This document shows positions 26,859 through 35,327 of a stretch of DNA of 38,431 bases, one piece after another. The notes below the pieces were generated by a model. That model was not told where the DNA came from, did no database searches, and was given only the letters and a program-made list of their open reading frames with translations. The position numbers and the translations under genes are program-made. This DNA comes from a virus (Duplodnaviria > Caudoviricetes): positions 1 to 38,431 of IMG/VR virus record IMGVR_UViG_3300043372_000116; one strand, written 5' to 3'. Every line of letters starts with the position of its first letter. Positions within the stretch are counted from its first letter, which is position 1.

Positions 26859-27101
26859 TCAGCGCAGCCCGATGATGTCGGTGGCTGTCGTGCTCGTCGC
26901 ATTCACGCGCGACGTGCGGATCCAGAGATAGGAGCCGGCCACGATGTTCTTGAAGACGACCGTCTGGCCCGCCTCCGTCACGACAGCGATGTTGCCGGCG
27001 GTGCCGACATACAAATAGCTCCAGGCATTGGTGACCGTGTCGGACGGTGTCACCGCGGCAGCCTCAGCCGGGATGTAGGATTGGACATATGCGGTCGTCA
27101 T
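26859..27101 (-). CDS. Head spike base protein (RcGTA Rcc01079-like)
   Basis: AVTPSD...LYVGTAGNIAV...VVFKNIVAG..L.I...RV.AT.TTATDI. Confidence 0.8.
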   Translation of the reverse strand: MTTAYVQSYIPAEAAAVTPSDTVTNAWSYLYVGTAGNIAVVTEAGQTVVFKNIVAGSYLWIRTSRVNATSTTATDIIGLR

Positions 27102-27171
27102 GCGCAAACACTCCGGGGGCCTTGGTCGCCGCGCAGGATAGACGAAACTTGTTTCAAAAACAATTATTCCC

Positions 27172-28560
27172 TCAGACGATCCCCTTCAGCCCCCTCGACA
27201 GGGGCTTGCCCGGCTTCCAGGCGAGAGCCCGCCCGCCGACCATCGCCGCCTGGCCGGCGAACGTCAGGCAGAGGGCGTCGGCCAGATCGGGCGATCGCAT
27301 GCCCCGCTTGCGCATGCTGTCCTTGCTCTCGACCACCACCTTGCCGGCGCTCGTGAACGTGTAGCGCGGCGCCACCAGCTCATGGCGCAGCGCCTCGTCC
27401 TTCGGCAGCTTCACCGCCCGCGTGCCGAGCCAGTCCTTCACGCTCATCCACAGCTCGTCGCGCAGGCGGGCGGCGTTCGGGTTCATCGCCGAGCTCTCGG
27501 CCACGTTCACGTCGCGCACGTTCAGGCCCATCTCGCGCAGCCTGTCGGCGACGCCCGAGCCCAGCCCGATCGTGTCGACACAGATCTCTGCGGGGTTGTC
27601 GAGCTTGGCCTCATGCACCACCTGGCCGACCGTCTGCATCAGGTCCAGCCCGCCCCATGACTTGATCTCAAGCACCGCGTTGCCGCGCCGCTTGCACAGC
27701 GCCGTCCTGTCGGAGCCGAAGCGCGCGACGTCCACGCCGAAGATCAGCGGCTCCGTCATCCGCACCGTCACGTCGCGCGTCACAGCGCTGTCGACCAGCT
27801 CGGCGGCGATCAGCGTGTCGTCGTCAGCCAGGGCGAACTCGCCCAGCACGCGGATCCGGTAGGCGTTGCTGTCCAGACCGTAGGTGTTCTCGATCTGTCG
27901 CTGGAAGTCGGCGCTCACCAGAGGGTTGTTCAGGCAGGACACATGCATCCGGTGCCAGTCGCCCGCCAGCTCGTGGTGCGTCTTGTAGAACAGGCCCGAG
28001 TTGCGCGTCGGGTTCGAGATCAGAATCGTCGTCGCTGAATGCCCCGACATCGACCCGGCCGCAGCCTCAAAGACGCCCTCCGGCACGGCCGAGGCCTCGT
28101 CGACCACCAGCAGCACATGCTCGGAGTGAACGCCCGCCAGCGCCTCCGGCCGCTCGGCCGACGACGTCCTGGCCGAGATGAACGAGCTCTCCGCCGCGCC
28201 CTTCAGCGCAATGCGATCGGAAAAGACCTCAAAGCTATCGCGCAGCGCCGCCGGCAGGCGGTTGATCCAGCTGCGCAGCTCGGCATAAAGCGCGTCGTAA
28301 AGCTGCGCCGACGTCGGAGCCGTCACGACGGCCTTCTGCGGATAACGGCACGTCATGTGCCAGATCAGCGCCCAGCTGCAGACTGTACTTTTGCCAACTC
28401 CGTGCCCGGCCCGCACCGAGATGCGCCGCTCGCCCCGCGCGATCGCCCGCAGGAAATCCTCCTGCCAGGGCAGCGGCGTCGCCTGCAGCACCTCGCGCAC
28501 AAAGCCAACAGGGTCGCCCGTATAGGCTTCGATGAAGTCGACGAAGGTGTTCTTGGTCAC
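27172..28560 (-). CDS. terL: Terminase large subunit
   Basis: AGHGVGKS Walker A, VVDEA Walker B, ISNPTR, FGVDVARFGSD, RSPDLADAL. Confidence 0.96.
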   Translation of the reverse strand: MTKNTFVDFIEAYTGDPVGFVREVLQATPLPWQEDFLRAIARGERRISVRAGHGVGKSTVCSWALIWHMTCRYPQKAVVTAPTSAQLYDALYAELRSWINRLPAALRDSFEVFSDRIALKGAAESSFISARTSSAERPEALAGVHSEHVLLVVDEASAVPEGVFEAAAGSMSGHSATTILISNPTRNSGLFYKTHHELAGDWHRMHVSCLNNPLVSADFQRQIENTYGLDSNAYRIRVLGEFALADDDTLIAAELVDSAVTRDVTVRMTEPLIFGVDVARFGSDRTALCKRRGNAVLEIKSWGGLDLMQTVGQVVHEAKLDNPAEICVDTIGLGSGVADRLREMGLNVRDVNVAESSAMNPNAARLRDELWMSVKDWLGTRAVKLPKDEALRHELVAPRYTFTSAGKVVVESKDSMRKRGMRSPDLADALCLTFAGQAAMVGGRALAWKPGKPLSRGLKGIV

Positions 28561-28781
28561 GCCGGACCCTTCTCAATTTTGTGCCCGTCGACGTTGAGCT
28601 TGGTGCGCAGCTCGTTGCGCTGGTGGCGGACGCGCTCCAACTTCCGGCGCAAGTTTTCAGAATAATTTCGAGAGCTGACGAGCTGCCGCTCGATGTACTC
28701 AATGTGCGCCGCAGCTAGGAGCGACGCCTTGCAGCCATCTTCCGCAGCCAGGGCACGAAGCGCCGCCTTGTGGTCAATCAT
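28557..28781 (-). CDS. Small coiled-coil protein
   Basis: Coupled to terL. Confidence 0.65.
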   Translation of the reverse strand: MIDHKAALRALAAEDGCKASLLAAAHIEYIERQLVSSRNYSENLRRKLERVRHQRNELRTKLNVDGHKIEKGPA

Positions 28782-28894
28782 TCGCTATCTCGGGTTAGAT
28801 ACGCCCGATACGCAATTACAATTAAGCACCCCATCATCGCCCACATCGCAGCAATGATCGGGATCAAGAACATGACCGCCACGACTTCAATCAT
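28778..28894 (-). CDS. 38-aa membrane peptide (not in ORF track)
   Basis: MIEVVAVMFLIPIIAAMWAMMGCLIVIAYRAYLTRDSE; GGAGG RBS; overlaps both neighbours. Confidence 0.6.
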   Translation of the reverse strand: MIEVVAVMFLIPIIAAMWAMMGCLIVIAYRAYLTRDSE

Positions 28895-29111
28895 CTGCCG
28901 GCCTCCCTGCAAGCGCAGCGTGGGCGCGCTCTATCCAAGCTTGGGTCGCCTCCTCATTGCCAGTCGTGACAATGTCAAAGTCGCCGCTGGTGAAGAACTC
29001 TCGCAGCACTGCCCGCAGCTCGGCGATCTCGTCAGCGGCGTTCTCGCAAAGGTCTTCCACGCCCTCTTCGTATGAGGACAGACTGCGCAGCCGCGCAACG
29101 ATGTCAGTCAT
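28887..29111 (-). CDS. Array ORF (DIVARL family)
   Basis: MTDIVARLR...AADEIAELRAVLRE...AHAAL. Confidence 0.75.
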   Translation of the reverse strand: MTDIVARLRSLSSYEEGVEDLCENAADEIAELRAVLREFFTSGDFDIVTTGNEEATQAWIERAHAALAGRPADD

Positions 29112-29340
29112 CGGACGCCTCCCCTAGTGCGGCGCGGGCTGTTTCTTCGATGCGGTCAATCATCCGCTCCATTACGATAGGATTGCCGTAGCCGGTGTTT
29201 TGACACTCCTCAGCAATCTTTCGCAGCGCCGCCTCCAGCTTTTCGATGCGGTCTGCGGCTTCGGCATAAACCCACGGATGGTAGACGGCGTCATCTATAT
29301 CCGCATAACAGCGCAGCCGCGCCACGATGTCGTCAACCAT
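29104..29340 (-). CDS. Array ORF (DIVARL family)
   Basis: MVDDIVARLR...EAADRIEKLEAALRKI...ARAALGE; start placed at 29340. Confidence 0.75.
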   Translation of the reverse strand: MVDDIVARLRCYADIDDAVYHPWVYAEAADRIEKLEAALRKIAEECQNTGYGNPIVMERMIDRIEETARAALGEASDD

Positions 29341-29662
29341 CTGTCTTCTCCCCTTCCAGCGCAACGCGGGCGATGCCAACCATTTCCATCAACAGTTGCA
29401 ATAGATAGCCCTCAGCAGCGGTTATAGGTTGCGGAATGCCTTCCGACCCAGCGTACACTTCGCCAATCTCCCGCAGCGCCGCACGCAGCCGCTCGTTTTC
29501 ATTCCATAGATCATGATTTTCTGTCATTGCTGCGCGCCAGTCGTCCCTCCTCTCCCGCAGCCGCTCAATCTCGTCGGCGGCTTCGCGCCCTAACGAATTG
29601 TCGGAGCAGACCTCGTCAAAAATGACAAGTGACAGCAGCCGCGCCACGATGTCGTCAGCCAT
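29333..29662 (-). CDS. Array ORF (DIVARL family)
   Basis: MADDIVARL...EAADEIERLR...ERLRAALREI...ARVALEGEKTDG. Confidence 0.75.
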   Translation of the reverse strand: MADDIVARLLSLVIFDEVCSDNSLGREAADEIERLRERRDDWRAAMTENHDLWNENERLRAALREIGEVYAGSEGIPQPITAAEGYLLQLLMEMVGIARVALEGEKTDG

Positions 29663-29870
29663 CTGTCTTCTCCCCTAGTGCGGCGTCGGCTTCGTCGCGG
29701 AAAAATCCCCAATTCCCTTCTGCGTCCGTGTCATACGCTGCAATCTCCCGCAGAGCCATCCGCAGCCGGGCGATCTCGTCCTTCATGCTGTCGCGCCCGT
29801 TCTTAAATCCGTACATGTAGCAAAGCGTGAGGTCGTCTTGCTCGTCGAGATCGGTTTTCGCGTCGATCAC
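29655..29870 (-). CDS. Array ORF
   Basis: ...DEIARLRMALREI...ADAALGEKTDG. Confidence 0.7.
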   Translation of the reverse strand: MIDAKTDLDEQDDLTLCYMYGFKNGRDSMKDEIARLRMALREIAAYDTDAEGNWGFFRDEADAALGEKTDG

Positions 29871-30112
29871 AGTGCCTCTCCCTCAGCACGAACTAACGCC
29901 GCAGCCGTCGCGGCGATCGCGCCCAGCTTCGTGCGCCGGCACAGCTGATCGTCCGAGCAGCCGTCGCGACCCATCAGCGCAATGTCATCAAGAGCGGCGA
30001 GCGCATGGTCACGCTCAGCCAGGGCGACGTCGCGCTCGGCCAGCGCCAGCGTCCACGCCTTGTAAACCTCAGCCAGCGTGTCGCCCGGCAGCGCAACGTC
30101 GAGCTCGGTCAT
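29867..30112 (-). CDS. Array ORF
   Basis: ALAERDVALAERDHALAALDDI...; coupled on both sides. Confidence 0.65.
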   Translation of the reverse strand: MTELDVALPGDTLAEVYKAWTLALAERDVALAERDHALAALDDIALMGRDGCSDDQLCRRTKLGAIAATAAALVRAEGEAL

Positions 30113-30360
30113 CTGATGCGCTCGCGAGGGCGCAAAGCATCAAGCGCAAGCGCTTGCGGATCCTGCGTCGCAATTATCGTCAGCGCAGCTCGGAACCGCT
30201 CAATCAAGTCGGCCGCTTCATGGCACAGCATGTCAGGCGCAGGCTTGCCGGGGTAAGACATCAGCATCCGCGATGGATCAGTCCGGCCGCGCAGCCGCAC
30301 AACGATGTCAGTCGGCACCGCTTCTGTCCTTGCCGTTTTAGTCATTGTCACGTCAGTCAT
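30109..30360 (-). CDS. Array ORF (DIVARL family)
   Basis: TDIVVRLR...EAADLIERFRAAL. Confidence 0.7.
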   Translation of the reverse strand: MTDVTMTKTARTEAVPTDIVVRLRGRTDPSRMLMSYPGKPAPDMLCHEAADLIERFRAALTIIATQDPQALALDALRPRERIR

Positions 30361-30673
30361 TGCTGTCCCTCCCCGTCGCGCTCGTCAGCTCAAGCATCAA
30401 ATCGTCGACGCGCAGCTGCAGCGCGTCGTGCGTGTCTGCCTCAACCAACGCGATGCGCAGGACGCGCAGCCCCTCGCCCAAAGCATCCAGCGCTGCCTGG
30501 TCCCAGAGGCTCGCACCGCGCAGGCGCGCTATCTCCGCACGCATCCCCGGCACGCCCAGTGCGTCGGCCGCAGCTGCCGCCGCCGCCCCGCAGAAGTCGC
30601 ACGGCGATGCGCACGCCTCGCCCTCGTCAAGGCTCGCGCAGATGGCGGCTGTGGCGGCGTCGAGGGGCGTCAT
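30353..30673 (-). CDS. Array ORF with Cys cluster
   Basis: C..CASPCDFC, then AEIARLR block. Confidence 0.65.
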   Translation of the reverse strand: MTPLDAATAAICASLDEGEACASPCDFCGAAAAAAADALGVPGMRAEIARLRGASLWDQAALDALGEGLRVLRIALVEADTHDALQLRVDDLMLELTSATGRDSND

Positions 30674-31143
30674 TTTGGAGCGCCGTTCTGCTCAATCCAG
30701 AGATCATAAGCGCGCCGGTAGATTTGAGATTGCGGAACGCCAAGGCGCTTGCGGATCTGGTGCGCCGGCTCCCCTGCGCGTAGGAGATCAAGGACGAGTG
30801 TCTGCAGCTCGGAACATCCGGAAACGCGGCGGCGGCCTTTAGCGTCCATGTCGGCGTTGTTGATTTTGGCGTCGCCGAGAAAAAGGTGATCCGGGTTGCA
30901 GCACATTTTCACGTCGCAGGAATGGCAGACAAACTTTCCTGTGGGGATAGTGCCGTACGCAAGCTCGTAGGCGACGCGGTGAGCGGCGAAACTGGCGCGC
31001 TGCGCGCCATGCTCAAAACGCATTTCGCCATAACCGTCTTGTTTTGCGCGGCCCGTCCAGAGCACGCAGCCAGATGGCGCAAGGGCGGTCTTCCGGCCGA
31101 GATGATCTTTTTTCTTTTTTTCTATGGGCAGGACGCGGCTCAT
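30670..31143 (-). CDS. HNH endonuclease
   Basis: GCVLWTG..GYG...AHRVAY...VCHSCD..CCNPDHL..G....N..D. Confidence 0.9.
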   Translation of the reverse strand: MSRVLPIEKKKKDHLGRKTALAPSGCVLWTGRAKQDGYGEMRFEHGAQRASFAAHRVAYELAYGTIPTGKFVCHSCDVKMCCNPDHLFLGDAKINNADMDAKGRRRVSGCSELQTLVLDLLRAGEPAHQIRKRLGVPQSQIYRRAYDLWIEQNGAPK

Positions 31144-31793
31144 TTGGTGCCCCCCCGGGGGAGGGCATGCCGAAAGCCCCGGCGAGTTTTTTCTGTGCGC
31201 GCAGGGGAGGGGGCCAATGCAGACGGGCACCCCCCCGAGGGGTCCGGCGGGGGGGTCGCGCGCGATCGCCGCTCTGGGCGCGGCTCGGGCGACGCGGGGA
31301 GGGCGGGCGAGACATCCAACACTTTGTGCTCAAGTGTGGGATACGGAGTAACATCAATGACTTGCGCGTCTTGACGTGCTCGACCGCGGTCGGCCATCTC
31401 TTTCAGCGCCTCGAGGTGCAAGACGTGCGTGTGCGTGTGAGACACGCTAACCTCTTGGCGTTCCCCGTAAATCTTCGGCATGAGACGCGAAGCGATCCAT
31501 TTGTGCGCGTCGATCACGACGCGGCCCACATCAGGCGGCATCTCGCCGCTGGCGACCTTCTTCGTCAGTGCCTCGATCTCTTCGGCCTTCGTCAGCGACC
31601 GCCTCTGAATCGCGCGAGCGTAACTCTCCGCCGCCGCCTCGTCCTGCGCCAACCACCGAAAGACCTGTTGTTGCGAGGGCATGTCCGGCTCGGCGCAAAT
31701 CGACGCAAGACTTTGCCCCGCCGCGACGCGCGTGCAGATTTCCGCAAGCAGCTCTGGCGATCGGTCACACTTGCTTTCTAGCGTGCTAGACAA
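31140..31793 (-). CDS. terS: Terminase small subunit
   Basis: EIC.RVAAGQSLASIC....MPS...VFRWL...YARA...IDAHKWIASRLMPKIYGE. Confidence 0.88.
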   Translation of the reverse strand: MSSTLESKCDRSPELLAEICTRVAAGQSLASICAEPDMPSQQQVFRWLAQDEAAAESYARAIQRRSLTKAEEIEALTKKVASGEMPPDVGRVVIDAHKWIASRLMPKIYGERQEVSVSHTHTHVLHLEALKEMADRGRARQDAQVIDVTPYPTLEHKVLDVSPALPASPEPRPERRSRATPPPDPSGGCPSALAPSPARTEKTRRGFRHALPRGGTK

Positions 31794-31873
31794 ACCATCA
31801 ATCCTCTAGTCCACAAGACGCCCGCGCCCTGATCTCTAGCGCAGTGAACAACACGCTTGTTCCCAAGACAATA

Positions 31874-32443
31874 TCAGAAAGGCAGCTCGTCGCCACGCTT
31901 CACATCAAACGTCGAGACGGTCGCGCCTGGGAACGTGGCCTTGACGCTCTCGATCGCCTGCCGCTCCTTCAGCATGTGCCACGCAAGGAGCAGCTCGCGC
32001 AGGCACAGGACGACATGCCCCGGCAGCGCGTCCTTCTCTGCGATGGCGATGGCGTCTTCGTTCTCGGCGCAGACGGCATAGGCCTGCCCCTCGTAATTGA
32101 TTGGCCAGACGGCTGTGGGCACGCGCGGGTGACCAGCGACCCTGGCGGCGATATCGAGGGCCACCAGGCCGCGCGCGACCACCTCTGCCCTTCGACCCAC
32201 CTCATCGACGCTGGCGGCGCGCACAGCAGCCCCCAGCTTGTCTCGTGCGGATCCGAAGCGGGCTGCGAGCTCGGGCGTGACGAGCGTGACGAGGCGTCCG
32301 CTGCCCCACTTCCTGTCCATCTCATGAACGGCGCGGTCGAGGGCTCGCAGGGCGTCCTGGACTGCATTGAACTCGAACGGGCTGCGTTCGATCATTGGCA
32401 GGCTTGTGTTCACCTGCTTGCGCTGCGGAGGGCGGGGCATCAA
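31874..32443 (-). CDS. Hypothetical phage protein
   Basis: MDRKWG..RL..LV..ELAARF...VKATFPGA..DELPF; typical of genes following primase-helicase. Confidence 0.75.
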   Translation of the reverse strand: MMPRPPQRKQVNTSLPMIERSPFEFNAVQDALRALDRAVHEMDRKWGSGRLVTLVTPELAARFGSARDKLGAAVRAASVDEVGRRAEVVARGLVALDIAARVAGHPRVPTAVWPINYEGQAYAVCAENEDAIAIAEKDALPGHVVLCLRELLLAWHMLKERQAIESVKATFPGATVSTFDVKRGDELPF

Positions 32444-32721
32444 TCAGCGCCTGGCGTGTCTGGCGAAATTGTCTTGCGGTATTCGTCGATGGCGAGAAAC
32501 GCCTGGTGCGCGACTTGCGGGTCGACCTTGTCCCGCACGACCAGCGTGTTGAACAAGACGAACATGGAAAGTTTGGCATTTGCCTTGCCGAAGTCTCGAT
32601 GAGCCGCAGGCATCCACCAAGCGCGCTTGGGAATATCATCTAACCGCCCGTCCGCATCGCGACATACAACCCCAACCTCGCCGCCTCGGAACCACCAAAC
32701 AAACGCGATATTGAGTTTCAT
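32440..32721 (-). CDS. Hypothetical phage protein
   Basis: GAGG RBS, coupled to next gene. Confidence 0.7.
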   Translation of the reverse strand: MKLNIAFVWWFRGGEVGVVCRDADGRLDDIPKRAWWMPAAHRDFGKANAKLSMFVLFNTLVVRDKVDPQVAHQAFLAIDEYRKTISPDTPGAD

Positions 32722-32764
32722 CTGCTCATCCTCTCTTGCTCAAAAGCTTGGGCGCCGAAGTCAA

Positions 32765-32938
32765 AAAAACCGCCTTAAGGAGAGGAGCCAGAAGGGCGAC
32801 GGACTTTTTCTCTTTCTGGCGCAGTACCGGCGCAAGTCGGCCTGCTCCAGAAAGAAAAAATCCTTAAGGCGGTTTTTCTTCTGGCGCAGACCTTTTTCTG
32901 GCGCATATTCTGGCGCACTTCTGGCGCATACTGGCGCA
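32765..32938. repeat. Probable replication origin: iterons plus inverted repeats
   Basis: CTGGCGCA at 32816, 32881, 32898, 32910, 32921, 32931; perfect 17-bp inverted repeat 32765-32781 / 32861-32877. Confidence 0.7.
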
Positions 32939-32956
32939 AAACAGGGTGCGAAAACG

Positions 32957-35251
32957 TCATGCGTCACCCGTCTTTTTGCGGTTCCAGAACAGCCCTTTTA
33001 CGGGCTTGCGGCGCACCGGATCGTCGTAGTCCTTGACCACCAAGACGCCGACTTTGATCCACGCCCCGACCATCCGCCGAGCGACCTCGTCCTCGACGCC
33101 GGCCCGCTCGGCGACGATCGGCACCGGGTTACGGTCTGACGCTTCAGTGACGCCTTTGCCCCACCCGAAGCGTCGCCCGTCTTCCAATCCCCGATCAATC
33201 ACCATCAGGATCTCGACGGCCTTGTCGCCTGTGACGGCGTCAAACGCGCCGGGGATAGTGAAAGCCGTGACAACGCCAACGACGTCGCCTTCATGGGTTG
33301 CGTCGCCATTGTTGAGCGGGACGCTCTCCATTTTGAACCACATGCTGTCGTCAGAGCGCGGCGCGAGGTTTGCCTTGCCGTTCGTCGCCCGGAAGTAACG
33401 CCAGCGGTCTTGCAGGCTGTACTTCGCCGCCTCGTCGTCTGTCATGCCGTTCAGAGCTCGAGCCGAGCGGACGCTGTCTCTGAGCGCCGACGCGCCTCTG
33501 GCGTCATCGACGGTCACCTCGTTGGGCGTCTTCCGGCTGTGGTGGACGAGCTGGATGGCACAATTGGTGGCGTCGGCGATGCGGTTCCACGTCTTGCTGA
33601 CGCGGTCGACCTCCTCGTTGGCGTTCTCGCTGACGCGGTGGGAGGAGACAAACGGGTCGACGATCATGCAGTCGATCTTGAACTTGCGGGCATTGGCGAT
33701 GATGGCGTCAACGATTGGCTCGACGACGATCACGTCTCTGTCGACACGCCTGGCGATAATTAGTTCCTGCTCGCGCCCGGTGTCGACGAACAGCCGCCCG
33801 TCCAGCTCGTCGTTGGCGATCCCATAGTGCTGGCAGGCGGCGGCGATGCGCCTCTGCAGCTCGTCTCTGGGGTCTTCGCCGTTCCACAGCCAGACGCGCG
33901 ACTTGCCCTTCGGCTCGTCGTGCAGCAGCTTGCGCCCGGTCACCATCGCCAGAGCCTCGACGATGGTCAGCGACGACTTGCCGATGCCGCCTGGAGAGAT
34001 CGTGGCCGAGGCGAACTTGCGGATAAGCTGGCGCCCGTAGAGCCAGTCGCGTGGCGGGATCTGCGGGCCGGGGATCAGGATGAACTGACTGGCGACAATG
34101 GTGGCTGGCTTAGCCTCCGGCTTGGCCTGCTGCATCTCTGGCGTGATGAACCTCTCGTCGGGGGCATGCCCTTCGTCTGGCGCATCTGGCAAATCCGCCG
34201 CTTGCTGCGGGGCGTATTGCGCCATTGCCTCTGCCACCTTGCGCTCGTGATGCAGGCTGCGCGCCGCTGCCTTCAGGTCGCCGCTGTGCTGAAACGTGGC
34301 GAAGACGGCGAAGGCGTCAAACACCTTGCCGCTGAGCGGGTCGGCAGCGCCGTGGTGGCTGTACGTGCACCAGTCTCCGAACTTGCCTTGGAAGACCTTC
34401 AGGCCGAACGTCTTGCTCTCAGATCCGGGCCGCATGTAGCGGTACGACCTGTCGCGATCGACATAGCCGAATTTGTAGCCCTGGCTGCTGAGCGCCGAGC
34501 GGATCCAGTCGAGCCCGTGCTGCTCGTTGAACTGGCGGATCGGGCTGTCGGCCTCGCGCAGGCTTTTGCTGACGGGCGGCGTGCTGGCGAGGACTTCGTC
34601 CTTCGCCTTGCGCTTCTTGTGGGCTGCGGCGATCGCCTCGACCTCGTCGCCCTCAAGGGCGCGGCCGTCGAACGTGTGCGACCGGAAGGCGGGCAGGTCG
34701 TCGGCGCTGGCGACACGCGGCAGATACCAGGGCTGCGACCAGACACCGTTCTCACGCACGTCGGCGATGTAGACGCCGCGCGCATGCAGCTGCTCAAGCA
34801 TGTGGGCGACGACCGCCTGCAGCTCTTCCACGCTGTGCGTCTGGATCGGCAGGATGATGCGATATTTCCAGAAGCCGTCAGCGGGGCGCGCGCTGTAGCT
34901 GGTGTGGATGATGTAGCTGACGCCTATGTCGTCGAGCGCGGCAATGGCGTCGTCGAAGGGCGGCGCGCCTGGCACGATCTCGCCGCTCTCCGGATCGAAG
35001 GAGCTGTCGCCGTCGATGATGGCGATCTCAGCAGTGCGCAGGTTCTCGTCGGCGCGTGTCGGCGCGATCAGATCACCGCCGCGGATATAATAGCTGCCGT
35101 CCTTTTTGCCGACCTTCGGCGTCGACAGGCGCAGCCCGAACTGCTCAAACGTGTAGTCCTTCACGATCAGGTGCGTGTCGACACGCCCGGCGTTCGCAAA
35201 AGCAATACGCATTGTGCTTTCCATTTTGTTTTGTGCTATATTTAGTGTCAC
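32957..35251 (-). CDS. Primase-helicase (AEP-like N-terminus, AAA_25/RepA-like helicase)
   Basis: IIDGD and IIHTSYS primase-like motifs; SPGGIGKS, MIVDPF, LVHHSRK, ARGASAL. Confidence 0.88.
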   Translation of the reverse strand: MTLNIAQNKMESTMRIAFANAGRVDTHLIVKDYTFEQFGLRLSTPKVGKKDGSYYIRGGDLIAPTRADENLRTAEIAIIDGDSSFDPESGEIVPGAPPFDDAIAALDDIGVSYIIHTSYSARPADGFWKYRIILPIQTHSVEELQAVVAHMLEQLHARGVYIADVRENGVWSQPWYLPRVASADDLPAFRSHTFDGRALEGDEVEAIAAAHKKRKAKDEVLASTPPVSKSLREADSPIRQFNEQHGLDWIRSALSSQGYKFGYVDRDRSYRYMRPGSESKTFGLKVFQGKFGDWCTYSHHGAADPLSGKVFDAFAVFATFQHSGDLKAAARSLHHERKVAEAMAQYAPQQAADLPDAPDEGHAPDERFITPEMQQAKPEAKPATIVASQFILIPGPQIPPRDWLYGRQLIRKFASATISPGGIGKSSLTIVEALAMVTGRKLLHDEPKGKSRVWLWNGEDPRDELQRRIAAACQHYGIANDELDGRLFVDTGREQELIIARRVDRDVIVVEPIVDAIIANARKFKIDCMIVDPFVSSHRVSENANEEVDRVSKTWNRIADATNCAIQLVHHSRKTPNEVTVDDARGASALRDSVRSARALNGMTDDEAAKYSLQDRWRYFRATNGKANLAPRSDDSMWFKMESVPLNNGDATHEGDVVGVVTAFTIPGAFDAVTGDKAVEILMVIDRGLEDGRRFGWGKGVTEASDRNPVPIVAERAGVEDEVARRMVGAWIKVGVLVVKDYDDPVRRKPVKGLFWNRKKTGDA

Positions 35252-35281
35252 CGCGGTGCTCCTCCCTCACGCGGAAAACTT

Positions 35282-35314
35282 GACGCCGCTGGTTGATCAC
35301 ATCCCAGCGGCGTC
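35282..35314. terminator. Hairpin after SSB-like gene
   Basis: GACGCCGCTGG-N11-CCAGCGGCGTC with T-rich flanks. Confidence 0.7.
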
Positions 35315-35327
35315 TCTTTTTCAGACG

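Noticed and set aside
29085-29685. CRISPR array or integron attC sites
   Set aside because: Repeats are coding junctions 200-330 bp apart, not palindromic; no cas genes or attC boxes seen.
32761-32967. ORFs of 68 and 61 aa over the iteron region
   Set aside because: Repetitive translation of the CTGGCGCA repeats; coding status unsupported.
33827-35245. Long plus-strand ORFs such as 472 aa here and 426 aa at 10412-11692
   Set aside because: Antisense shadows of real genes in GC-rich DNA, with no motifs.
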